A stretch of 64,000 nt of DNA from Candidatus Omnitrophota bacterium (GTDB taxonomy: Bacteria; Omnitrophota; Omnitrophia; Omnitrophales; Aquincolibacteriaceae): NCBI GenBank assembly GCA_023247055.1, contig JAHFHF010000007.1:2186-66185 (forward strand), in the 5' to 3' direction. The position numbers and the translations under genes are program-made. The notes under the pieces are model-generated. The model saw nothing but the letters and a program-made list of their open reading frames with translations, ran no database searches and was not told where the DNA came from. This document shows positions 42,406 through 53,398 of the stretch, one piece after another. Each line of letters begins with the position of its first letter. Position 1 is the first letter of the stretch.

Positions 42406-43695
42406 CTAGTTCGACAGAGGCAATTCGGCAGGCTTGGCGGGAGGAATCTCAGAGGCCAGCAAGGTGACCTGGCTGTTTTTGATGGCGACGAGTTTATCGT
42501 CAAGGCGCTTGCGGACACTGGCGAGTTCAAGTTTGGTGTTACGCAATTCGCGCGAGAACTGATCGCGCAGTTTTTCGATACGTTCGCGCTCCGCTTCGTT
42601 GAAATCAAAGAAGGTCAAACAAAGTTGAAAGCGCTGGCCTTCACGTTCAAAACTGCGCTGTAAACTATCGGCCTTTTTATAGCGTCCCTCCACCTGCACA
42701 AGATCAATTTCCGTGGGTTTATCGCGATCCACATATTTGACCGCTTCATGCGTATAACCGGCAATCTCATGCGCGCGCGCCGCGACCATATGCGACAGCC
42801 GGTTGATCCAGAAAGAAAGACGGCGGCGGATCAAGACATCGCGGAAGCGTGCCAGAATATCCTCATGCCGCTCTAGTTTACCGGCCGTCACTTCAAACTC
42901 AAGCGTTGCCAACGGCGGCACTTGCGATTCGCCAAGCAGGCGCGCGATAAAAAAGACGGAAGCCAGAATGAAGATCCAGAATTCCGCGGCAATCAGAAAA
43001 TGCTCGAAAAAACGCGGGCTGCCAATGGGCGCAACTTCGCCGTAAGCGGCACCGGTCAGGAAGAAGAGCGCGGCATGCACTGAAAAAAGCACATGCGGCA
43101 GTTTGCCGGTCTTGTCCGCCGCTTTGATTAAAAGCGCGGGGACAAAAAGAAATCCAAACGCCAAAAAGACGCAGAGCCCGAGATAAAAAACCGAAACCCC
43201 GAAATTGGCGGCGGCAATAAACGCAAAATAACCTGAGATTTTCAGTTCACCGGCCTGGGCCGCTGCTTGCTGGCTGACCATGAACATCACTAATGCATAA
43301 AAACTCAGCGTCAAACCGATCAAAGTCAAACTGGTCTTATCGCGCACACCCAGCAAACGCGCCTGGATCTTCTCCCCTTTTTGCAAAAAGGCCGGCAGGT
43401 AAAAGCCAAAAATCATGACGGCATGGAAAAGGGCGACAAATTGAACTTTTACGGCAAAAATCGGCGGCAGACCACTCAGTTCCGCAATCCCTTTAAGCGC
43501 CAGGCCCAAGGCGGTCATCCCCACCAAAGCCATAGCCCAGGTTTGGGCCCTTTCAGCATTTTCGATGGAAATCTGGGACTTGAGGCGTGAAGAAAGAAAA
43601 CTCACCCATTGATCAGGCAGTAAGGATTTCATAAGTGGCGTATTATAGGCGGATGCCCCAGCCGCTTGCAAATTAAAAAAATCATAGCGACTCAC
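42406..43695 (-). CDS. polytopic membrane protein of unknown function with a C-terminal charged/coiled-coil region; directly upstream of the giant gene
   Basis: 429 aa with about 8 predicted TM helices in the first 250 aa, then a charged helical tail. Same strand as the giant gene, 204 nt upstream of it. Confidence 0.6.
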   Translation of the reverse strand: MSRYDFFNLQAAGASAYNTPLMKSLLPDQWVSFLSSRLKSQISIENAERAQTWAMALVGMTALGLALKGIAELSGLPPIFAVKVQFVALFHAVMIFGFYLPAFLQKGEKIQARLLGVRDKTSLTLIGLTLSFYALVMFMVSQQAAAQAGELKISGYFAFIAAANFGVSVFYLGLCVFLAFGFLFVPALLIKAADKTGKLPHVLFSVHAALFFLTGAAYGEVAPIGSPRFFEHFLIAAEFWIFILASVFFIARLLGESQVPPLATLEFEVTAGKLERHEDILARFRDVLIRRRLSFWINRLSHMVAARAHEIAGYTHEAVKYVDRDKPTEIDLVQVEGRYKKADSLQRSFEREGQRFQLCLTFFDFNEAERERIEKLRDQFSRELRNTKLELASVRKRLDDKLVAIKNSQVTLLASEIPPAKPAELPLSN

Positions 43696-43745
43696 GGAGA
43701 GACAAAGTCATCCGGGTTGAATTTCAACCTGGATGAAACCTTCCC

Positions 43746-43802
43746 CGGTGCCTTCCCTGGTGCCTGGCACCCTCCGCAGGTGCCAGCAGGGGCCTGGCAC
43801 CA
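43746..43802. promoter_or_regulatory. second instance of the GGTGCCAGG palindromic motif, in the divergent region between the giant-gene operon and tsaB
   Basis: GGTGCCTTCCCTGGTGCCTGGCACC...CAGGTGCCAGCAGGGGCCTGGCACC. The latter is the exact reverse complement of the 17034 motif. Confidence 0.5.
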
Positions 43803-43851
43803 GATGGGCATTGCAATCTGGGCGGTTCGGCATAAAATAGCCATCTCACCT

Positions 43852-44559
43852 ATGAATATCCTTGCATTCGATACATCCAGTTCTGTGCTCAGCGTGGCTT
43901 TAAAAACCGGCCGGCGCGAAGTTTCTGAAGCTAAATTGACGGGGTTTCTCCAGCATGCCGAGAATTTACTGCCCCTGATCGACCGGCTGCTTAAAAAACA
44001 GAAAATTTCTCTTAATAAAATCGACCGCTTTCTGATCGGCCGCGGTCCCGGCTCTTTTACCGGCCTGCGGGTCGGCTTTGCCACCCTGAAAGGTTTTTTG
44101 GCCGGCAGTTCCCGGCCCTGCCACGGCGCTGCAAGTCTGGATATGATTGTCGAAAATGCCAATCTGCCGGAAAAGTCTTTTTTGGCCGTCTGTCTGGATG
44201 CCGGCCGTCAGCGCATTTTTTTCCGGCTCTATCAGCGCAGCCGCGGAACCTGGCGTCCACGCGCTAAAGTCAAGGTGCTGAGCGTCGAAGAAACCGCCGC
44301 GCAGCTTCCCGAAAACACTTTCGTCACGGGCGATGCTCTGCGCCGTTACGCCGAGGCGCTGCTTCAGGCAGGTTCGGGAAAAAAATTTACGCTTCTCAAA
44401 GAATCATTCTGGTATCCGCGTGCGGCCACCTTGATCCACTGGACCGTGGAAAAACCTGAGGCTCTTGAACCGCTTGAAACATCACGGGATTTTGTTCCGC
44501 GTTACTTCCGGCTTTCTGAGGCTGAGGAAAGGAAAAAATATGCGTCCGCCGGCCGCTGA
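43852..44559 (+). CDS. tsaB: tRNA threonylcarbamoyladenosine biosynthesis protein TsaB (YeaZ)
   Basis: MNILAFDTSSSVLSVAL...IGRGPGSFTGLRVGFATLKG is the TsaB signature. Start at the internal ATG 43852. Confidence 0.8.
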   Translation: MNILAFDTSSSVLSVALKTGRREVSEAKLTGFLQHAENLLPLIDRLLKKQKISLNKIDRFLIGRGPGSFTGLRVGFATLKGFLAGSSRPCHGAASLDMIVENANLPEKSFLAVCLDAGRQRIFFRLYQRSRGTWRPRAKVKVLSVEETAAQLPENTFVTGDALRRYAEALLQAGSGKKFTLLKESFWYPRAATLIHWTVEKPEALEPLETSRDFVPRYFRLSEAEERKKYASAGR

Positions 44560-45676
44560 ATCAGGTCTCCAGATTCCTCACGCTGCCTGGCTTGAAATTC
44601 GTCTAGGCCGCATGGGTTCTAATCTCGACGCTCTGCGGGCGCATTGTTCTAAAGAGACAGATGTTCTCGCCGTCGTCAAAGCCAACGCCTACGGGCATGG
44701 GTTGTTAGAAAGCGCCCGCGCCCTGCAAGGCCGCGTCCGTTACTTGGGTGTTTCGTCCCTGCGCGAACTACTGACGCTGAAAGAAAATCACATTGAGGCC
44801 GCTATCTTTGTCTTCGGCCGTCTGGCAGGACCGGAAATCCGCGCCGCCTTGCTGGACGGCGTGACTTTAAGCGTTTCCAGCCTGGAAGAAGCGCAGGAGA
44901 TCGCCGTGGTTTCAGCCGGGCTGGGCCGCAAAACGCCTGTGCACATCAAAGTCGATACAGGCATGGGCCGTTTCGGCATTCCGTTCCGCGAAGCCGTCAA
45001 GGTCATTGAAAAAATTGTCCTCTTGCCCGCGCTTGAAATCGAAGGGTTGTATACTCACTTTCCCACCGCCGAGCTCGATGACGGCTTTGCCGATCAACAG
45101 TTGTCCGACTTCGCGCTGCTCATTCAGGCGCTAGCGCAAAAAGGCATTAAGTTCCGTTACCGCCATGCGGCGAACAGTGCCGGCATTCTGAGACACAGTC
45201 ATCCCCTGCTCAACATGGTGAGGCCGGGTCTTTTGCTTTATGGAATTTATCCCGACACAACCTTGAAATCCATAATACAAGTACAACCGGTGCTGGCGCT
45301 GAAAAGCCGGATTATGCTGGTTAAAACCCTGACAGCCGGAGCAACCGCCGGTTATGGCCGCCAATTCTCCGCCAAAAAACCAACGCGTATCGCGGTTTTA
45401 GCCGTAGGTTACAGCCATGGATATCCTTTCAACGCTTGGCGCGATGCTGAAGTCTTAATTCAGGGCAAGCGCTATAAACTGGCCGGCCGCATTTCCATGG
45501 ACTACATGGCCGTACACCTCAACGACGACACCTTGCCGCGCGATGAGGAAGTCACACTGATTGGCGAAAACCAGGGCGACCGTATTGGCGCCGAAGACAT
45601 CGCTGATTGGGCCGGTACCATTCCCTACGAAGTCGTCACGCGATTGTTGGGGCAGTTGCCGAGGATTTATTTATAA
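44540..45676 (+). CDS. alr: alanine racemase
   Basis: PLP-binding motif VVKANAYGHG and a C-terminal beta domain. Start at ATG 44540 with SD GGAAAGGA. Overlaps the tsaB end. Confidence 0.85.
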   Translation: MRPPAAESGLQIPHAAWLEIRLGRMGSNLDALRAHCSKETDVLAVVKANAYGHGLLESARALQGRVRYLGVSSLRELLTLKENHIEAAIFVFGRLAGPEIRAALLDGVTLSVSSLEEAQEIAVVSAGLGRKTPVHIKVDTGMGRFGIPFREAVKVIEKIVLLPALEIEGLYTHFPTAELDDGFADQQLSDFALLIQALAQKGIKFRYRHAANSAGILRHSHPLLNMVRPGLLLYGIYPDTTLKSIIQVQPVLALKSRIMLVKTLTAGATAGYGRQFSAKKPTRIAVLAVGYSHGYPFNAWRDAEVLIQGKRYKLAGRISMDYMAVHLNDDTLPRDEEVTLIGENQGDRIGAEDIADWAGTIPYEVVTRLLGQLPRIYL

Positions 45677-45682
45677 AAATAG

Positions 45683-45868
45683 CAATGAGCAACGAGTGGC
45701 GAGCAATGAGTCAGTAAGCAGCAAACTCTGAGTATGCATAAAACTGGAAGAGATTCATGCCACAATTTTTACTAGTACCTACTGGAATTATAAAATCACC
45801 GGAACACGTTTCTTTGGTGCGGGCTGGGTTTCTCCCCTCATTACTCATTGCTCATTGCTCGTTGCTGT
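45683..45868. repeat. intergenic cassette flanked by inverted arms of GCAATGA-type tandem 7-mers, upstream of birA
   Basis: AGCAATGAGCAACGAGTGGCGAGCAATGAGTCAGTAAGC ... CATTACTCATTGCTCATTGCTCGTTGCT. The centre contains TTACTA ... TATAAAAT, promoter-like. Confidence 0.7.
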
Positions 45869-45872
45869 GTCT

Positions 45873-46433
45873 ATGAAATTCCACATCGAACACTTCACAG
45901 AACTCGCCTCTACAAGTTCCATGATTCTCCAGCAAGCGAGCCACGGGGCCGAGGAAGGTCTGGTCATTTGGACCGATTATCAAAGCGAAGGGCGCGGCAA
46001 ACCCGGCCAAAAATGGCAGTCGCCCAAGGGCAAGGACCTGCTTTTTTCGATTCTGCTGCGGCCGCCGATCAGTCCGTCTAAGGCGCCTTTCCTGACCCAA
46101 ATCGCCTGCCGCTCCGTCGCGGTTGTTTTAAAAAATAAATACGGCATTGATTCGGTTTTCAAACGCCCCAACGACATTATGATCGGCACGAAAAAAATCT
46201 GCGGCGTCCTGGTGGAATCCTCTTCCAAAACTCAAGATCGCATTGAAAACGCCGTCATCGGCATCGGACTGAATGTCAACGCCGCGGCCGATGAAATTTT
46301 CCCAACAGGCGTCTCCATGAAAATGCTGACCGGCTCAGACTATTCTCGCGAAGAAATTTTAGCTGCGCTCTTAGAGCAGTTATCCAAGGATTTGGCCGGA
46401 CTTTACGGGACTGAGGCCAAATTTCATGGCTAA
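45873..46433 (+). CDS. birA: biotin--[acetyl-CoA-carboxylase] ligase, catalytic-domain-only (group I) BirA
   Basis: GRGKPGQKWQSPKGKDLLFS biotin-binding motif plus KICGVLVE. No N-terminal HTH domain. Confidence 0.8.
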   Translation: MKFHIEHFTELASTSSMILQQASHGAEEGLVIWTDYQSEGRGKPGQKWQSPKGKDLLFSILLRPPISPSKAPFLTQIACRSVAVVLKNKYGIDSVFKRPNDIMIGTKKICGVLVESSSKTQDRIENAVIGIGLNVNAAADEIFPTGVSMKMLTGSDYSREEILAALLEQLSKDLAGLYGTEAKFHG

Positions 46434-47214
46434 ACAGGCCATCCGGACGGCACAATCTGAAAAATGGCTCTTCATGGATGTGGGAAATACCGCTTTAACC
46501 TTCCAAGCCTTGCATGGCAGCGGCCTTTCTGCTCATTTTAGTATTCCGAATAACGATATCCCAAAATTAATCTACAAATTGAGCAAAAAGGGTTTGATTG
46601 ATTCTGATACATTGATAGCCATAGCATCCGTTGTCCCACAAATATCCCGTTTTTTAACAAATGAGTTTCGTAAAACTGCCGTCAAAACGGTCCTTTTGGC
46701 CGGCGAGAATTTTCCCGTAAAAATACGTCATAAGTATAATAATTACAGTAAGTTAGGAATTGACCGTAAAATCAATGCCGCAGGCGCGATTTTTCTTTAC
46801 GGCGGGCCGTGTGCGGTTTTTGATTTTGGAACTGCTTTGACGGTTGACTGCATTTCAGCGCAGAATGTTTTTGAGGGCGGCTTCATCATTCCGGGGCCGC
46901 AAATCGCTTTTCAGGCTCTCGCGAATAAAACAGCCTTACTCCCTATTGGCCTTAAAATACCCGATAAAACACGTGGTTTTTTGGGTAGAAATACATCAGA
47001 TTGCATGAAAAATGGCATTTTAGTGGGATATGGCGCAATGGCCACTGATTTGATCCGGCAGCTGCGCCAGCGATACGGGAAAAAACTAAAAACCATCGCC
47101 ACGGGGGGCTTTGCTTCCAAAATCCGGCCCTATGCCCCAGGCTTTGACCTGATTGATCCTCAGCACACCCTCCGCTCCCTAGCACTACTCGCCCTTCAGC
47201 ATACAAATAAATAG
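46426..47214 (+). CDS. coaX: type III pantothenate kinase
   Basis: LFMDVGNTALTF and GIDR motifs of CoaX. Classic birA-coaX pairing. Confidence 0.85.
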   Translation: MAKQAIRTAQSEKWLFMDVGNTALTFQALHGSGLSAHFSIPNNDIPKLIYKLSKKGLIDSDTLIAIASVVPQISRFLTNEFRKTAVKTVLLAGENFPVKIRHKYNNYSKLGIDRKINAAGAIFLYGGPCAVFDFGTALTVDCISAQNVFEGGFIIPGPQIAFQALANKTALLPIGLKIPDKTRGFLGRNTSDCMKNGILVGYGAMATDLIRQLRQRYGKKLKTIATGGFASKIRPYAPGFDLIDPQHTLRSLALLALQHTNK

Positions 47215-47438
47215 CTAGTTTCAACTGGATTTCTCCCTCTCCCTTTGGGAGAGGGCTGGGGTGAGGGGAAGACCTGTTCTCCCCTCATCCTAACCTTCTT
47301 CCGAACGGAGAAGGAATAATGAGAGCAACCTTGGTTTTAAATCGATAGCGCGCCATTATGTTACATTTGCGCCCATTTTAGGCCGGCCTGATCTTTCGCA
47401 GAAATACTCTGTCCCGTACCCTCCCTCCGTAAAACCCC

Positions 47439-47466
47439 TTGATTTATAAGGGCTTCTGGCTAGAAT
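47439..47466 (+). promoter_or_regulatory. sigma70-type promoter of groEL1
   Basis: TTGATT (47439..47444), 16-nt spacer, TAGAAT (47461..47466), immediately upstream of the CIRCE element. Confidence 0.55.
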
Positions 47467-47476
47467 GAAAGCCCTT

Positions 47477-47503
47477 TTGGCACTCTGATCCGATGAGTGC
47501 TAA
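47477..47503 (+). promoter_or_regulatory. CIRCE element (HrcA operator)
   Basis: TTGGCACTC-N9-GAGTGCTAA, a near-perfect match to the consensus TTAGCACTC-N9-GAGTGCTAA. About 150 nt upstream of groEL1. Confidence 0.85.
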
Positions 47504-47623
47504 GTGGCATACCGCTTGCACTGATACGTATGCATTTTTGTACCTGCCGCAATTTAAGGTCTGCTTTTGATACCTCGGGGCAAGGCAAAATTTTGGAACG
47601 GTTTATCCGCTTTTAATCTTTAA

Positions 47624-49309
<1,686 letters not shown>

Positions 49310-49338
49310 GATCACTCAAACATTTAAATTTTTAATTC

Positions 49339-49425
49339 CGTCATTCTGAGCGCAGCGAAGAATCTCAGAGCAAAAAAAGATTCTTCGCGGTCCTGCGCAA
49401 ATCGCAGGCAGTTCAGAATGACAAA
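49339..49425. repeat. family A-prime palindromic element (GTCATTCTGAGCG...TTCAGAATGAC), upstream of groES
   Basis: CGTCATTCTGAGCGCAGCGAAGAATCTCAGAGC...AGATTCTTCGCGG...GTTCAGAATGACAAA. Same design as family A with diverged arms. Confidence 0.75.
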
Positions 49426-49446
49426 CCAAAAAGGGAGATTCAAATC

Positions 49447-49737
49447 ATGAAAGTAAAACCATTGGGCGACAAAATTCTTGTTCAGGTTCTTGAAGCTGAA
49501 GAAAAAACCAAGGGCGGCATCATTCTTCCCGACACGGCCAAGGAAGAAAAAACAGAAGGCAAAGTCGTTGCCACCGGCGCGGGCAAGACGCTCGAATCCG
49601 GCAAAGTCCAGGCGCTTGAAGTCAAAAAGGGCGACAAAGTGATTTTCGGCAAATATGCCGGAGACGAGCTTGTCATTGACGGCAAGAAGCACAAAATCAT
49701 CAAAGAAAGCGAAGTTCTCGCTGTTTACGAGGAGTAA
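49447..49737 (+). CDS. groS: co-chaperonin GroES
   Basis: 96 aa, [34 protein letters not shown]... Confidence 0.95.
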   Translation: [96 protein letters not shown]

Positions 49738-49747
49738 CCCTTTTTTC

Positions 49748-49863
49748 TTTGTCATTGCGAGCCCATCAAAGTTTGAAGGGCGAAGCAATCTTGGTTTTTT
49801 AGATTGCCGCGTCGTCCGCTAATAAAGAAGCGGACCCTGCTGCTGCAGGTCGCAATGACAAAA
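49748..49863. repeat. family A palindromic element, copy 4, between groES and groEL2
   Basis: TTTGTCATTGCGAGCCC...GGCGAAGCAATCTTGG...GGTCGCAATGACAAAA. Confidence 0.8.
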
Positions 49864-49891
49864 TGAAAAAAAGAATTTAAATTTAACGTAA

Positions 49892-51535
<1,644 letters not shown>

Positions 51536-51584
51536 TTAGTCGTGAGTCATGAGTCGTGGGTCTTGAGTAAAAAGCAGTAAGTAC

Positions 51585-51627
51585 AAAAAGCCCTGATATC
51601 CTTTGTTGGATGTCAGGGCTTTTTTAT
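51585..51627. terminator. bidirectional rho-independent terminator between groEL2 and the convergent rRNA methyltransferase gene
   Basis: AAAAAGCCCTGATATC - loop CTTTGTTG - GATGTCAGGGCTTTTT gives a 16-bp stem with one mismatch, an A-run before and a T-run after. Confidence 0.7.
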
Positions 51628-51631
51628 TCAC

Positions 51632-51720
51632 TTTGTCATTCTGAACGGACAGAGAACAATTTAAATGTCGCGAAGAATCTCCGAACAATCTGAGATCCTT
51701 CGCTGCGCTCAGGATGACCC
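51632..51720. repeat. family A-prime palindromic element, downstream of groEL2
   Basis: TTTGTCATTCTGAACGG...CGCGAAGAATCTCCGAACAATCTGAGATCCTTCGC...CTCAGGATGAC. Confidence 0.7.
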
Positions 51721-51773
51721 TAAAAAAACGTCATTCGGGACAGGCTATTTTTTTCCTGCCTTAAACTCATGGC

Positions 51774-52724
51774 TCACGACTCAAGACTCACGACTTTTTT
51801 AATCTTCGCTGCAAAGAAACCTTCCATCAGACCGTCGGGTAAAATACGCAGGGATTTCTGGACGGCGGGATGAAAGGTTTTCTTGCCCCATGCGGCAAGG
51901 CCATCCATGCGGTTCGCGAAAGTCACTTCCGCAGGCAGGATTTCAAGGTCGCTGAATTTTTCAAGCGCCCATTCCAGAATGCCTTCGTTTTCTTCCGGAG
52001 CAAAGGTGCAGGTTGAATAAACCAACGTGCCGCCTGGCTTTAAAGCCTGCCAGGCCGAATAAAAAAGCATCTTTTGGCGCGGCACTAGACTTTTGATTTT
52101 GGCAGTTTTCCAGCCTGCGAAACTTTCCGGATCCGATAAATGAAACCGTCCCTCGCCGCCGCAGGGCGCATCCAACAGCACCCGGTCAAACTCGCCGGCC
52201 CTTTTGCGGCCTAGGTTTTCTCCTTTGGCCACCGAGTAATCCACATTCCGAACGCCTAGGGCTTCGAGATTGGCTTTCATTTTGAAAAACCGCGCACGGC
52301 TGACATCATTGGCCACAATGCGCCCCTGGTTCTGCATGCAGCCTGCTATTTGCCCGGTTTTACTGCCCGGCGCAGCAGTCAAGTCGAGAACGGCCTCCCC
52401 TGCCTGGGGTGCAAGCAATAGCACGGGCACCATGCTGGACAGTTCCTGCACGTAAATCAATCCTTCACGGTAGGCGGCGGTATTCTGCAGTTCCCGTAAT
52501 GTTCCCCGTGTCAGGATGAAAGCCTGGTCATACCAGGGCACTGGACGCAGTTCAAAGGTCTGAGCCGGAAGCGCCTTGCAGACAGTTTGAATGCTCCCTT
52601 TAATCCGGTTAACGCGAAAGGTGACGGGCCGGGCGGTCTGAAAAGACTGCAGGGCCGTTTCCAAAAATGCGGCAGGCAGGATTTTCTGCAGCCGCTCGAG
52701 AAAGGGCTCAGGGAGAGTTGGCAT
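51774..52724 (-). CDS. RsmB/RsmF-like (NOP2/Sun family) rRNA cytosine-C5 methyltransferase
   Basis: SAM-binding DLTAAPGSKT, catalytic DAPCGGEG (motif IV ProCys) and TCT (motif VI). Start probably at the internal ATG 52724. Confidence 0.75.
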   Translation of the reverse strand: MPTLPEPFLERLQKILPAAFLETALQSFQTARPVTFRVNRIKGSIQTVCKALPAQTFELRPVPWYDQAFILTRGTLRELQNTAAYREGLIYVQELSSMVPVLLLAPQAGEAVLDLTAAPGSKTGQIAGCMQNQGRIVANDVSRARFFKMKANLEALGVRNVDYSVAKGENLGRKRAGEFDRVLLDAPCGGEGRFHLSDPESFAGWKTAKIKSLVPRQKMLFYSAWQALKPGGTLVYSTCTFAPEENEGILEWALEKFSDLEILPAEVTFANRMDGLAAWGKKTFHPAVQKSLRILPDGLMEGFFAAKIKKVVSLES

Positions 52725-52983
52725 GCCGGAAAATATACCATAAAGTGATAAAAACTGCATGGGACCGGGCCCCTTTTGGGGCGTGGTTTTTATTGTGGCA
52801 CGGAGGTTGCAAACTTGACAGAAAAAGCGTTCTTATCAATTGCCTCAGGGGTGCCGCGCCTCCCTTAGATTGACGTCCGCACCAGGATGTCAATGGCCGG
52901 CACCCCTCCCCCCTTCCAATTTTTGGGCACATTCCCCTTGAAAACCTACGATTTTGTGAAAAAATGTATTCTTAAATTCAGGG

Positions 52984-53012
52984 TTGTTGTGAATTCCGTT
53001 TCTCTCTATAAT
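52984..53012 (+). promoter_or_regulatory. candidate sigma70 promoter of the SWIB-domain gene
   Basis: TTGTTG - 17 nt - TATAAT (53007..53012). Strong SD AAAGGAGA before the ATG at 53063. Confidence 0.45.
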
Positions 53013-53062
53013 GTCCCCAATTCGCACTACCTTCAAAACCCATAGCCTTAAAGGAGAAATCC

Positions 53063-53320
53063 ATGGTTAGAAAAGCAAACCCAGCCCTGTTGAAACCTCT
53101 CGCCCTTACCCCTACTCTCGAAGCTGTTGTCGGCAAAGGTCCCTTAGCTCGCGGTCAGGTGGTCAAAAAACTCTGGGAATACATCAAAAAGAACAATCTG
53201 CAGGATCAGAAGAACAAGCGCAATATCAATAGCGATGACAAGCTGAAGCCTCTTTTTGGCGGTAAAGCCCAGGTCAATATGTTTGAGATGACGAAGCTCG
53301 TCTCCAAGCATCTTTCCTAA
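53063..53320 (+). CDS. SWIB/MDM2-domain protein
   Basis: 85 aa. VVKKLWEYIKKNNLQDQKNKRNINSDDKLKPLFG...MFEMTKLVSKHL aligns closely with the about 86-aa chlamydial SWIB proteins and the eukaryotic BAF60b SWIB domain. Confidence 0.8.
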   Translation: MVRKANPALLKPLALTPTLEAVVGKGPLARGQVVKKLWEYIKKNNLQDQKNKRNINSDDKLKPLFGGKAQVNMFEMTKLVSKHLS

Positions 53321-53341
53321 TCTCGACCCTTTTTAAAAAAG

Positions 53342-53380
53342 AAAAAACCCCCGCGGCCGGAACGCCGCGGGGGTTTTTTC
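53342..53380. terminator. bidirectional rho-independent terminator (SWIB gene and convergent SulP gene)
   Basis: A-run, then CCCCCGCGGC - CGGAAC - GCCGCGGGGG (perfect 10-bp GC stem), then TTTTTT. Confidence 0.85.
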
Positions 53381-53398
53381 TTGTCTCTCGTTAATTTT

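Larger units (their letters stand above)
51536..51803. repeat. GTGAGTC-type inverted-arm cassette enclosing the groEL2 terminator and a family A-prime element
   Basis: TAGTCGTGAGTCATGAGTCGTGGGTCTTGAGT (51541..51572) versus ACTCATGGCTCACGACTCAAGACTCACGACT (51769..51800). Confidence 0.7.
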
